Below the pieces are notes generated by a model. It did not search any database. It saw only the letters and a program-made list of their open reading frames with translations, and was not told the origin of the DNA. From positions 1 to 38,771 of the IMG/VR virus record IMGVR_UViG_3300049172_000213: DNA of 38,771 nt; one strand, 5' to 3'. Below are positions 27,574-35,877 of this stretch, in pieces; position 1 is the first letter of the stretch, and every line of letters starts with the position of its first letter. This stretch comes from a virus (taxonomy: Duplodnaviria > Caudoviricetes). The translations under genes were made by a program, and so were the position numbers.

Positions 27574-27840
27574 ATGAAGGGCGTCAGACGAATGCGCGTC
27601 GTGCGAGGCCCGCAGCTCGATGCCGTCATGTACGTCGCGCAGGGCACGGCGGTGACGGTGGTGATGGCCTCCGTGATCCTCGCGTTGCACGACGCTGACG
27701 TGGTCGACGCGCATGAGGTGGCGTCCTTGCTGATGAGCGAGCCGCCGATCCATGCGGACCCGATTGCGGAGGCGATGGCGCGGGGGATGATCGACGGCCT
27801 GGCGCAGATGCTGTTCGGGCCGGCAGACGAGGAGGCCTGA
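27574..27840 (+). CDS. Hypothetical protein (antisense insert between cro and cII)
   Basis: Fills the gap; hydrophobic stretch; start uncertain. Confidence 0.5.
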   Translation: MKGVRRMRVVRGPQLDAVMYVAQGTAVTVVMASVILALHDADVVDAHEVASLLMSEPPIHADPIAEAMARGMIDGLAQMLFGPADEEA

Positions 27841-27843
27841 GCG

Positions 27844-28149
27844 GTGGAGGGTGCTCTGACTTGCTTGGTGAGCGATGACGGACACTGGGCCAAGGTCGGA
27901 GGTGTGCGCTTCGCCGCCGCCGCACTGGAGGACCTGCTCTGGCAGGTGGCGGCATGCCGGGCAGCAATGCTGCCGCGCCGCTTCGCCACGATGCTGCCGG
28001 GGTCACGGATCGCGCTGGGCGCCGGCGTGCACATCCAGCGCGAGGATGAGGGAAGCCTTGTCTCTGTCATGCATCCGGGCATGGGATGGGTTGGCGCCAG
28101 GGTGGATCGGGCCGAATGCCGGGCGCTCATCAGGCAGCTTCGGCCCTGA
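27844..28149 (+). CDS. Hypothetical protein
   Basis: GAGGAGG RBS; follows the previous ORF by 3 nt. Confidence 0.55.
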   Translation: MEGALTCLVSDDGHWAKVGGVRFAAAALEDLLWQVAACRAAMLPRRFATMLPGSRIALGAGVHIQREDEGSLVSVMHPGMGWVGARVDRAECRALIRQLRP

Positions 28150-28372
28150 CGCGCCGGCCACCTCGCGGGGGCTTGGTCCGGTGCTGGGCAAGCATCTCCA
28201 GCGTGACGGAGGTCACTCGCTTCGCCTTCGCCAGTTCCACGAGCCCTGCCCAGTACTCGCAGGGAATGCCGCCCCGGTTGCGCCAGCGGCAAACCGTGTC
28301 GGGACGAATGCCGAGGGGGCGGGCAATGGCGGAGGGGCCACCAAGGGCGGCCACGATCTCAGTCGGGGTCAT
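28130..28372 (-). CDS. Cro-like HTH regulator
   Basis: EIVAALGGPSAIARPLGI...V..WR.RG.IP..YW..LVE.A; divergent from the repressor. Confidence 0.85.
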   Translation of the reverse strand: MTPTEIVAALGGPSAIARPLGIRPDTVCRWRNRGGIPCEYWAGLVELAKAKRVTSVTLEMLAQHRTKPPRGGRRVRAEAA

Positions 28373-28486
28373 GCGCCCAACCTAAGACGATCCGGCATAG
28401 TATGGCAATACGGCATATGTGCTGACGGGTGTCGGACGTCTGCAGACGTGGGCAATACATCATCACTGAGCTAAGAGCGGGGAGAC
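28373..28486. promoter_or_regulatory. cI/cro divergent control region
   Basis: Perfect palindrome ACGTCTGCAGACGT at 28436-28449; repeated CGGCATA and GGCAATAC. Confidence 0.7.
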
Positions 28487-28801
28487 ATGCCCAGGCGCCC
28501 TGAGACCGTGGCTGACGAGCCGATGGAGGCCTTCAACCGCGAGGTTGGGCGCCGTCTTGCATGGGCGCGCGAGGCGATTGGCGTCAGTCAGTCCGAATGC
28601 GCGCGGCGCCTCGACAGTAATCAGGCGAGCTGGAGCAAGTACGAGGCCGGCACCAGACTACCCCCGCCCTACATCATGGCGGGCTTCTGCGACCTCTACG
28701 GGGTGTCGCTGGACTGGATCTACCGCGGCCTTCTCATCGGCCTCAGCCGGGAAGTGGAGGCAGCACTGGTGCGGGAGCATCCGGAGCTGCGGCGGCAGTA
28801 A
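28487..28801 (+). CDS. CI-like XRE repressor lacking an S24 peptidase domain
   Basis: VGRRLAWAREAIGVSQSECARRL...WSKYEAG...YGVSLDWIYRG. Confidence 0.85.
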   Translation: MPRRPETVADEPMEAFNREVGRRLAWAREAIGVSQSECARRLDSNQASWSKYEAGTRLPPPYIMAGFCDLYGVSLDWIYRGLLIGLSREVEAALVREHPELRRQ

Positions 28802-28845
28802 CTCGCCCATTGCGGGAACTCCCGAGCCGGGCGACCATTGCCGGA

Positions 28846-29097
28846 ATGACCTTGCCTCCCGGCCCCTTCGATATCCCCTCGGGCGCGCCTGCCGCCGAGG
28901 CCGAACCCGCCATCGTGATCGCGCACCCGGCGGCAAGCCAGGTCAGCGCCTGGATCGACAAAGCCCTCTTCGCCCCGCCCAGCGCTGGCACCATCGGTCG
29001 AATGGAGCTGCTGCGGCATTGGGACGGTTTGTCGACGGAGAAGCGGCAAATGCTGCTCCTGCTGGCTCGGGAGATGTGTCAGGGGGAGCGGGGGTGA
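28846..29097 (+). CDS. Hypothetical protein resembling an XRE C-terminal helical domain
   Basis: ELLRHWDGLSTEKRQMLLLLAREM. Confidence 0.5.
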   Translation: MTLPPGPFDIPSGAPAAEAEPAIVIAHPAASQVSAWIDKALFAPPSAGTIGRMELLRHWDGLSTEKRQMLLLLAREMCQGERG

Positions 29098-29160
29098 GGC
29101 TTCCTGGTCGCTACACCCGCGCCATGGCGAAGGACGCCGGTCTGCCTGGGACCGCTTTGG

Positions 29161-29712
29161 GTGTTGACGTTTATGTTCACTATACCTCTCTATAGGGAGA
29201 AGCGCTTCCTCGCGGCCTGGCCACCCTCAAAGGGACGGCAACCCGAGAGGTGCTTTTTCTACACACAACGTTGGCTGCAGGAGATTGGCACCCTTGTCGC
29301 CCCGCTACATCGAAGCAGAGGCCGACTTGATCCGGCGGCGACCGTGGGGGAGGCTATGCGCCAACTTGCCCATCTGACGGTTGATGGTTGGGCCGAGCGC
29401 CACCTAAGCCGTCATGAAGGCCCAGGCATGACGCCGCCTTACAAACGGATGTGGTTTCCCAACGATGCAGTAATAGAGATGTGCGTTTGGGGCGGAAGAA
29501 CTTTTGGGTTCTTCGTTCCGAATGCCACATTTGTGGCACTCACCGCATGCACTCACGACGAGGCTGAACGGGTGGACGCGAACGGCTGCGACGGCTACGC
29601 GCGCTCGGCCGCGTTTGTTCAGAAGGTAATCTCTCGGCTTGCGCCGAGTGAGGTGGATACCATCACACCAATATCAGACCTCCTAAAAATTGGAGAAGTC
29701 GATGTCCGGTGA
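29161..29712 (+). CDS. Putative RelE/HigB-like toxin (start may be 29173)
   Basis: PYKRMW.P...VIEM....GRTFGFF....FVA resembles the RelE-fold core; lies upstream of and overlaps an XRE gene. Confidence 0.5.
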   Translation: MLTFMFTIPLYREKRFLAAWPPSKGRQPERCFFYTQRWLQEIGTLVAPLHRSRGRLDPAATVGEAMRQLAHLTVDGWAERHLSRHEGPGMTPPYKRMWFPNDAVIEMCVWGGRTFGFFVPNATFVALTACTHDEAERVDANGCDGYARSAAFVQKVISRLAPSEVDTITPISDLLKIGEVDVR

Positions 29713-30169
29713 CATTGATCGCGAACTTGTTGAGCTTTTCGGGGGGGAAGTTTCTCCACCTCAGCCGATAGCTGAAGATCGAGATGCCTCGAACGCTCTG
29801 AGAACGCGAGTGCAAGTGCTGCTTCATAGGGCGATGGAAGAGAGCCACATGTCCGCCGCCGATCTCGCTCGTACGCTCGACGTGTCGCCGTCAGCGATCT
29901 CCAGGCTGCTGTCGCTTCGTCATAGCATGAAGCTGTCTACTCTTGCAGTGTTAGCAACCGCCCTCCGGCACCGAGTGAATATTGACTTGGAGCCCATCTC
30001 CGCGACCAAAGGCAACGGAGAGATTAGCGCAGCAATGCATCCAGCAAGCACGAGAGGTGGAGGCCATTCAGCTAGCTTCCCTCAGGTCAATGCCGGGCTT
30101 CCGCCCACACGAGTTCACTTAAAGACGACCATTCGCGGTCACGCCAGCTTCAAAGAGTTGACCGAATGA
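29702..30169 (+). CDS. XRE HTH protein, HigA-like antitoxin with C-terminal extension
   Basis: AMEESHMSAADLARTLDVSPSAISRLL...MKLSTLAVLATAL..RVNIDL; GGAG RBS. Confidence 0.75.
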   Translation: MSGDIDRELVELFGGEVSPPQPIAEDRDASNALRTRVQVLLHRAMEESHMSAADLARTLDVSPSAISRLLSLRHSMKLSTLAVLATALRHRVNIDLEPISATKGNGEISAAMHPASTRGGGHSASFPQVNAGLPPTRVHLKTTIRGHASFKELTE

Positions 30170-30612
30170 GAAACGCCTTCGTCGTCTTTTGTGACGATAT
30201 TCGCGCCGAACTCGCCTACAAGTTTTCTTTGATGGGCGTGTTTGGTGACACAATGGTTCATTTTGATGATGAGGCAAAAAGAGGGAAAATCGAGCGCCTT
30301 TGTGTATTCACTCGCGTCCTTTGGGATTGGAACAACCAGCCAAAAACCGCCAAGCTGCGCATCTATGGACCTCGAGGCACTGTGCAGGCCGAAAGCGATA
30401 TCGAACTTGGATCTAAGCCTGACCACCCATTCGCTGAACCTTTCAATTCGGTCCAGATACCGATAATAATTCAGAATGAAGAGTTTGATGACGGAAGTCA
30501 GATTAGAGTAACTCTGTCGGAAGATGATGGCGGCGAAGCGGAAATAGGTTCGCTTCGATTGCGGATTGCCAAAGATCTAGCGCAATTAGATAAAGCGGTT
30601 GAAAAAAAATGA
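30166..30612 (+). CDS. DUF6941-like protein
   Basis: N-terminal FCDDIRAE...KFSLMGVF motif; ATGA-coupled to the XRE gene. Confidence 0.65.
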   Translation: MRNAFVVFCDDIRAELAYKFSLMGVFGDTMVHFDDEAKRGKIERLCVFTRVLWDWNNQPKTAKLRIYGPRGTVQAESDIELGSKPDHPFAEPFNSVQIPIIIQNEEFDDGSQIRVTLSEDDGGEAEIGSLRLRIAKDLAQLDKAVEKK

Positions 30613-30625
30613 AAGCACTTCCTCC

Positions 30626-30651
30626 GCCCCGCCCTAACCAGCGGGGCTTTT
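30626..30651 (+). terminator. Intrinsic terminator
   Basis: GCCCCGC-CCTAACCA-GCGGGGC-TTTT. Confidence 0.75.
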
Positions 30652-30722
30652 CGTAGGTATAGAACGCTAAAGCCGCACGATTGCCGAGGCGAACGGCTCG
30701 GCCTTGAGCAGAGAGCCCAGCC

Positions 30723-30971
30723 CTACTGCGGCACCACCCCACGCCGCCGATAGGCGTCGAGGCAAGCATCGGTCGCCTGGGCTCGCACCATCGCACTGTC
30801 GATGCTGAAGTTCCGGCGGCCGGAGTACGCCTCCTCAGCCGCGGCGCCACGCATCTGGCAAGCGTAGACGGCCTCCTCCGCTGTCGCGGGAGCCGCTGCT
30901 GACCTTTGTGACCAAGGGCCCTGCGCGCAGGACGTCAGGGACACCAGTAGGAGCATAGCGAGGCGGGTCAT
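30723..30971 (-). CDS. Small lipoprotein
   Basis: MTRLAMLLLVSLTS-C lipobox; two further Cys residues. Confidence 0.65.
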   Translation of the reverse strand: MTRLAMLLLVSLTSCAQGPWSQRSAAAPATAEEAVYACQMRGAAAEEAYSGRRNFSIDSAMVRAQATDACLDAYRRRGVVPQ

Positions 30972-31063
30972 GAGGCAGCTCGCGAGGGATGAGGGCACTG
31001 GGCACCCTGTCATGGCGCCCAGGCTTCCACGGCACCATACTCCATCTCCCCGGAGATCGCCCA

Positions 31064-31591
31064 ATGAAGCTCGTCTCAGAGAACTCGGTGGAAGATCTGG
31101 CAAGGCGCCGGGGCATTAGGCAGGTCCACCGGGCGCTTCAGGAGATGGCTGGGAACCTGATGCGGATCTCTCGTGGCGGCGGAAAGCCGTACGAGTTGGT
31201 TGGGCATGTTGAGGCGTTTGCGAAGGCGCTCGTCGCTTATCAGAGCGGGACAAGTGAACCCGTTCCGATTGAGGAGTTCTCCGCCGCCCTTTCGGTTCGC
31301 ACGGACGCCGAGTTCATGGCTCAGTTCCCCGGCGCGGAGGGGGAGCGCCTGGAGGCGATCGACACCATCATCCATGGAGCGCTTCAGGTCGCGGCGTCCC
31401 GTCTCCTTCAGCAGCGCACGCATGAGACGCTTGGCAGTAGCGAGATGCACGAGGGCATCCGCGCTCTGAGGCGCATTCATGATGAGGCGCGGAAAGAAGC
31501 CAGCGCGGCTACGCGGGTTCAGAAGCCGGCGGTGCGGAAGAAGCCGGGGGCTCAAAAAGAAGGAGCGGCGAAGCTGCCGCGGGGCCGGTAG
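31064..31591 (+). CDS. Hypothetical protein
   Basis: GGAG RBS; MKLVSENS...NLMRISRGGGKPYEL; helical. Confidence 0.65.
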   Translation: MKLVSENSVEDLARRRGIRQVHRALQEMAGNLMRISRGGGKPYELVGHVEAFAKALVAYQSGTSEPVPIEEFSAALSVRTDAEFMAQFPGAEGERLEAIDTIIHGALQVAASRLLQQRTHETLGSSEMHEGIRALRRIHDEARKEASAATRVQKPAVRKKPGAQKEGAAKLPRGR

Positions 31592-31639
31592 CGACCCGGA
31601 TGGGCAAGGACAATACCCAGAGTTATTGATGCTTCTACT

Positions 31640-32152
31640 TCATCTACCTTTGGTTCCGAATAGCTCATCCATGCGGGCATTTACCACTCGCGCCGTCTCT
31701 GCATCCGGCCCTTCTAAAGGTACATCGTCAGGGGCGGCAACTAGGAAGTCAGTCTTCTTGATCAGGGTGATCATGGGAAGTGCCAGCTTGAGCATCCCAA
31801 GCCATTCTTCACGAGCTCGCTCGGTAGATGCTGGGTTTCGGTGACCGATAATTCTTTCTGCATCTTCGATTAATGTACAAAAAGCTTGAGCAGCACTCGC
31901 AAGAAGACGAAAGTTTTTCTTTAGTAGGTCCGCCTTGCTGTCGCGTTCAGAAGACAGCCTTACGATTTTTACTATCGTATTCAAATATTCTGTAGTTGTC
32001 TTCAGCCAATCAGTATCTAACCTAGCATTACTGCTCAGCCTAGAAACAATTTCGGCGTTTACTGATCGTTTGTTCGACCGCGCCGCTTCAATCAGCTCCT
32101 GATGGAGATCAGCAGGCAGTCGAACCCGCATCATGTGTTCGTCGCGTTCCAT
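31640..32152 (-). CDS. Arc/Mnt-family RHH repressor with AT-rich C-terminal extension
   Basis: MMRVRLPADLHQELIEAARSNKRSVNAEIVSRL. Confidence 0.85.
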   Translation of the reverse strand: MERDEHMMRVRLPADLHQELIEAARSNKRSVNAEIVSRLSSNARLDTDWLKTTTEYLNTIVKIVRLSSERDSKADLLKKNFRLLASAAQAFCTLIEDAERIIGHRNPASTERAREEWLGMLKLALPMITLIKKTDFLVAAPDDVPLEGPDAETARVVNARMDELFGTKGR

Positions 32153-32237
32153 GGACCAACAATGGCCCACTTTGGCCTTGACTTGTTAGGGCCCAAAGAG
32201 GATCATTTTATGGCCCATTAAGGTCCATGAGGAGGCC
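32153..32237. promoter_or_regulatory. Divergent promoter/operator region with three GGCCCA-N3-WGGNYY boxes
   Basis: Boxes at 32164-32178, 32190-32204 and 32212-32226; TTGACT at 32178-32183; GAGGAGG RBS. Confidence 0.7.
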
Positions 32238-32429
32238 ATGCAGACACCGGTACATGTCTTCAAACTTCGATTACCCCACGCCCTGCTCGTCCGAGTGGAC
32301 GAGGAAACTCGGCGTAGCCGCCGCAGCAAGACACAGGAAATCATCGTGGCCATCGAAGCGCACTTAGAGCGGGTGGCCGAACTCCGCCTTCCTTCAGGCG
32401 GTCAGCCGGCGGTGGGGCAAGAGGCCTAG
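32238..32429 (+). CDS. Arc-like RHH protein
   Basis: FKLRLPHALLVRVDEETRRSRRSKTQEIIVAIE. Confidence 0.8.
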   Translation: MQTPVHVFKLRLPHALLVRVDEETRRSRRSKTQEIIVAIEAHLERVAELRLPSGGQPAVGQEA

Positions 32430-32505
32430 GAAACCTCCCCACCGCCGGTCTTCCCGGCCCTCGCTAGGAACGAGGGTCGTCACACACATTCTGAGGACAC
32501 AGAAC

Positions 32506-33318
32506 GTGAGCGAGATTGAAGATATCGTTTCCCCGCCCCTGGCGGGTCAACTGGTTCCTTCCATGGTGGAAGGCGAAGCCCGCATCAGGGACCTTGATTT
32601 GGCAGAGCGCCTTGGCTTCGCTCAGCCGCGTGACGTCCGGAAGCTGATCCAACGCTGGCTGCCCGATCTGAACCGGATGGGGGTTTGCGCCGCCATGGCG
32701 CGAACCTCAGGAGCCCAGGGCGGCCGCCCCGCCACTGAGTTCTACCTCAACCGCAAGCAGGCGATCTTCATCACCGCCAAGTCGGAGACGGCCGAAGCGA
32801 CCGAGATCACCATCCAGATCATCGAAGCCTTCGACGCCTACGAGCGGGGCACCCGTCCTACCGACCCCCTCGCCGTCCTTGCTGATCCCGACGCCCTGCG
32901 CGGCCTCCTGTTCGACTACGCCGGCCGGGTGAAGGCCCAGGCGGAGGAGATCGCCCTCCTCGCGCCCAAGGCGGACGCGCTGGACCGGATTGCGGATGCC
33001 GACGGCAGCCACTGCATTACGGACACGGCCAAGCTTCTGCAGGTTCGTCCGAAGGACCTGTTCGCCTACCTCACCCAGCACAGCTGGATCTATCGCCGTA
33101 CGGGGGCGGACCACTGGTGCGCCTACCAAGCCCATATCGCCTCCGGCGACATGGTCCACAAGGTGACGACGGTCCTCCGCCCCGACGGGACGGAAAAGAC
33201 GACCGAGCAGGTGCGGGTTACGCCGAAGGGCCTCGCGAAGCTCGCCAAGCTGATGGCGCCTGCGGTCCGCCTCGTTCCGCCGACGCCGGTCGCGACGCTC
33301 CCTGGCCTCTGCGCGTGA
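32506..33318 (+). CDS. Phage antirepressor (C-terminal ANT/KilAC domain)
   Basis: IRDLDLAERLGF..PR.VRKLI N-domain; PKADALDRIA.ADGS.CITD.AK.L...QVRVTPKGL. Confidence 0.9.
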   Translation: MSEIEDIVSPPLAGQLVPSMVEGEARIRDLDLAERLGFAQPRDVRKLIQRWLPDLNRMGVCAAMARTSGAQGGRPATEFYLNRKQAIFITAKSETAEATEITIQIIEAFDAYERGTRPTDPLAVLADPDALRGLLFDYAGRVKAQAEEIALLAPKADALDRIADADGSHCITDTAKLLQVRPKDLFAYLTQHSWIYRRTGADHWCAYQAHIASGDMVHKVTTVLRPDGTEKTTEQVRVTPKGLAKLAKLMAPAVRLVPPTPVATLPGLCA

Positions 33319-33332
33319 GGAAGAGCAGCACC

Positions 33333-34556
33333 ATGAGCATCGCACAAGCTGCCACCCGCTCGGCGGAGACTTTCGCCAACCCAATGCCGGCCACGATGGT
33401 GGCCGGCCAGGTCAGTCGGCGGACAGCACGATCTGCTCCGACCGCGAGCCCGGAGAGCAAGGCCAAGCTCCGGGCGTTCCGTGCGCTCGAGAAGGCGGGC
33501 AAGGCCGCGACTACCGCGACCGAAATCTTCGAGCTGATCGAGAAGGTGGACGCGATGGGCGCCAACCGGGCGGATTGGCCCGGCGACGCGGACGCGAGCG
33601 ATCGCCTTTCCACGCGCCTCGCGGAGCTCCACACGCGCCTCCATCGCAAGCTCCTTGATCTCCCTGCTCCCTATCCGCCGCAGGTCGCCGCACATGTCCT
33701 CCGCCTGGTGCGGGCGGACATGTCGACAACCTCCGCGGGGTACTCGTGGGAGGAGCTGATGTGGAAGCTCGTTGAGCGCGTGGAAGGGGAACTGCGTGGC
33801 GCAGGCTCCCCTGCCGACGCCGACCTGATCCGCATCTGCGCGGAGCACGCCGACCACATTGCCGCGGTGAACGAGCACGGCACTGGGGAGGACGACTGCC
33901 CTCTCTGGCTGGCCTATGCACGCAGCCGCGATGCGATCCGTGCCGCGGTGCCCATGACGGTTGCTGGCATGGTTGCGAAGGCGCGCGCCGCAAAGGCTGA
34001 AGCGGCCTGCAAGGATGGCACGGAGCGGTACGAGAACTGCCCGGCGGCAGATATGGCCTGGGACTTGGTGAACGACCTGCTGCGCCTTTCTGGGGATCAG
34101 CCCGCGCCTGCCGCGCAGCCGCCATGCCCAGTCTGGGCGCACGCGGAAGACCTCGCGGATCTGGACGAGGAGCTGGAAAGGCTGGCTTCGACGCCGGACC
34201 ACGATCGCATCACCAAAGGTCACTACCTTGCGGCTGGCGAGCGCCATGACGCGCTCTGGCTCTTAGTCAGTGCCAGCAGGCCTGTCAGCGAGAAGGGGGC
34301 GCTCCTGGCGCTCATTTCCGCGGCCAAGATCTCGACCGAAGCTGCGGACAACGAACTCACGCAGGACGAGTTGGTCGCGAGGATCCAGGCCGTCCGCAAT
34401 CTGATCGCAGGCGCCTTCTTCGTCCTCGCCGAGCACCACCCGCACCCGACGCTGGCACGCCTGCAGACTGGCTGGCTGCCGCGGTACACCTACAGGCTCT
34501 CCACCCATGAGGAGGTCGCGGCCGAGGAAGCCGCCCGCACGGGGCGCGCAGCATGA
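33333..34556 (+). CDS. Hypothetical helical protein with about three degenerate modules
   Basis: Start MSIAQAA after GAGGAAGAG; recurring motif of the PMTVAGMVAKA type. Confidence 0.7.
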   Translation: MSIAQAATRSAETFANPMPATMVAGQVSRRTARSAPTASPESKAKLRAFRALEKAGKAATTATEIFELIEKVDAMGANRADWPGDADASDRLSTRLAELHTRLHRKLLDLPAPYPPQVAAHVLRLVRADMSTTSAGYSWEELMWKLVERVEGELRGAGSPADADLIRICAEHADHIAAVNEHGTGEDDCPLWLAYARSRDAIRAAVPMTVAGMVAKARAAKAEAACKDGTERYENCPAADMAWDLVNDLLRLSGDQPAPAAQPPCPVWAHAEDLADLDEELERLASTPDHDRITKGHYLAAGERHDALWLLVSASRPVSEKGALLALISAAKISTEAADNELTQDELVARIQAVRNLIAGAFFVLAEHHPHPTLARLQTGWLPRYTYRLSTHEEVAAEEAARTGRAA

Positions 34557-34759
34557 CGCGGCGCCTCACCTACCGCGCCCGGGTAGAAGCCCTGGTGCAG
34601 CGCCTCATTGATCGCCTGGACGAGATGGACGCGTCCACGACGGACATGGAACCGGATGAGGATGACGACGACCCGGAGGAGGCGAGCGGACAGCCGCTCA
34701 CCCTCTGCCCGGACTTGATGCCTGCGAAGCGTGGTGCGGCTCTTGAGGTGCAGGCATGA
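34553..34759 (+). CDS. Hypothetical protein
   Basis: ATGA-coupled; RVEALVQRLIDRLDEMD...DMEPDED acidic motif. Confidence 0.7.
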   Translation: MTRRLTYRARVEALVQRLIDRLDEMDASTTDMEPDEDDDDPEEASGQPLTLCPDLMPAKRGAALEVQA

Positions 34760-35112
34760 ACCGCACCATTGACCGCATCGACGTCATGGGCCGGCTCAAC
34801 TCCGCCATTCGTACTGCCGGTGGGGAGAGCGCCTTCGTCCGCACTCACGGCCTGTCCCGGCAGGAAGTGCACGAGGCGATGAAGGGCAACCGCCATCCAG
34901 CGCCAGGGATGCTCGCTGCCGTTGGCGTCCGGAAGGCCGTGAAGGTCACCTACGAGCTGATCGAGAGGAGGGACCCAGATGCTCGGCTGAACGACGTCCT
35001 GGCTGCCGCGCAGCAGGTAAACGGATGCCAAGAGGCTTGCCGGGGCGACGTGCTCGACTGTCCCTGCGCTTCGGCCGCCCGGGCGGCGGTGGTGGAGGCC
35101 GGGCGTGAGTGA
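34756..35112 (+). CDS. HTH-like hypothetical protein
   Basis: AGGESAFVRTHGLSRQEV...GNRHP...ML.AVG; coupled. Confidence 0.65.
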   Translation: MNRTIDRIDVMGRLNSAIRTAGGESAFVRTHGLSRQEVHEAMKGNRHPAPGMLAAVGVRKAVKVTYELIERRDPDARLNDVLAAAQQVNGCQEACRGDVLDCPCASAARAAVVEAGRE

Positions 35113-35470
35113 GGCACATCTCGATGCCTCTGAGACCGAAGCCCGACGCCGGCGCAGGCTACGCAGCGAGAAGCCTGTGGCAGCCTCTGCTCTCTCAGCG
35201 GACGACCTGATCCCGCTCGAAGCTGTAATGGCAAAGACGTACCTCAGTGCGTCAACCATCTATGCCTGGATGGCCGACGGGCGCTTTCCCCTAGGCGTAC
35301 AGCTCAGCCCGCGCTGCGTCCGCTGGGTTGTTGGCGAGGTGGAGGAGTGGAGCCGTCAGCAGGCCGCGCAGCGTGCGGCGGTGCGCACGCCGCAGAAGTT
35401 GCCGGAGGTCAAGGCAGCACCGATCGAGCAGCAACCGCGCCGTGGAAGAGGGCGACCGAAGAAGGTGTAA
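35105..35470 (+). CDS. alpA: AlpA-family regulator / excisionase with C-terminal AT-hook-like tail
   Basis: LIPLEAVMAKTYLSASTIYAWMADGRFP..VQLSPRCVRW...EVEEW; RGRGRPKK. Confidence 0.85.
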   Translation: MSEAHLDASETEARRRRRLRSEKPVAASALSADDLIPLEAVMAKTYLSASTIYAWMADGRFPLGVQLSPRCVRWVVGEVEEWSRQQAAQRAAVRTPQKLPEVKAAPIEQQPRRGRGRPKKV

Positions 35471-35538
35471 ATCTCCGCCCCTTCGCAGGCGGCAGTTACG
35501 CCCGCTACTCTCAATCAACATGGAAAGAGGCGAACCAG

Positions 35539-35877
35539 GTGAAGACGATACCCAAGAGCGTGCTGAAGATGCTCGAGCAGCAGTGGAAGCCTACGGAGGG
35601 CCACTCGGCTTTCGACACGAGTATGCAGCGGCGCCCGACTGATCCCAGCTATTACCACGTCCGCAATGACGTGGAGGTGTCCATGGTGTCCCTCACCTAC
35701 GACGAGGCGAAGAAGTTGGACGCGGAGGGGGCGCTAGGCGACTTCGTGAAGGACCATGGCAACGGCAAGTCCGTCGCGGTCAATGAACACGCTGTGCACG
35801 CTTTGATGGATTTCTGCAGCGAGGTGTACGACGCCTGGAACAAGTATCAGGATCGACTGCGCCGCATACCCGGGTAG
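35539..35877 (+). CDS. Hypothetical protein (last prophage gene)
   Basis: GTG start after AGAGG; good codon usage. Confidence 0.6.
   Translation: MKTIPKSVLKMLEQQWKPTEGHSAFDTSMQRRPTDPSYYHVRNDVEVSMVSLTYDEAKKLDAEGALGDFVKDHGNGKSVAVNEHAVHALMDFCSEVYDAWNKYQDRLRRIPG

Noticed and set aside
32430-32505. Alphaproteobacterial LexA box (GTTC-N7-GTTC) upstream of the antirepressor
   Set aside because: GAAC occurs, but not as a correctly spaced pair
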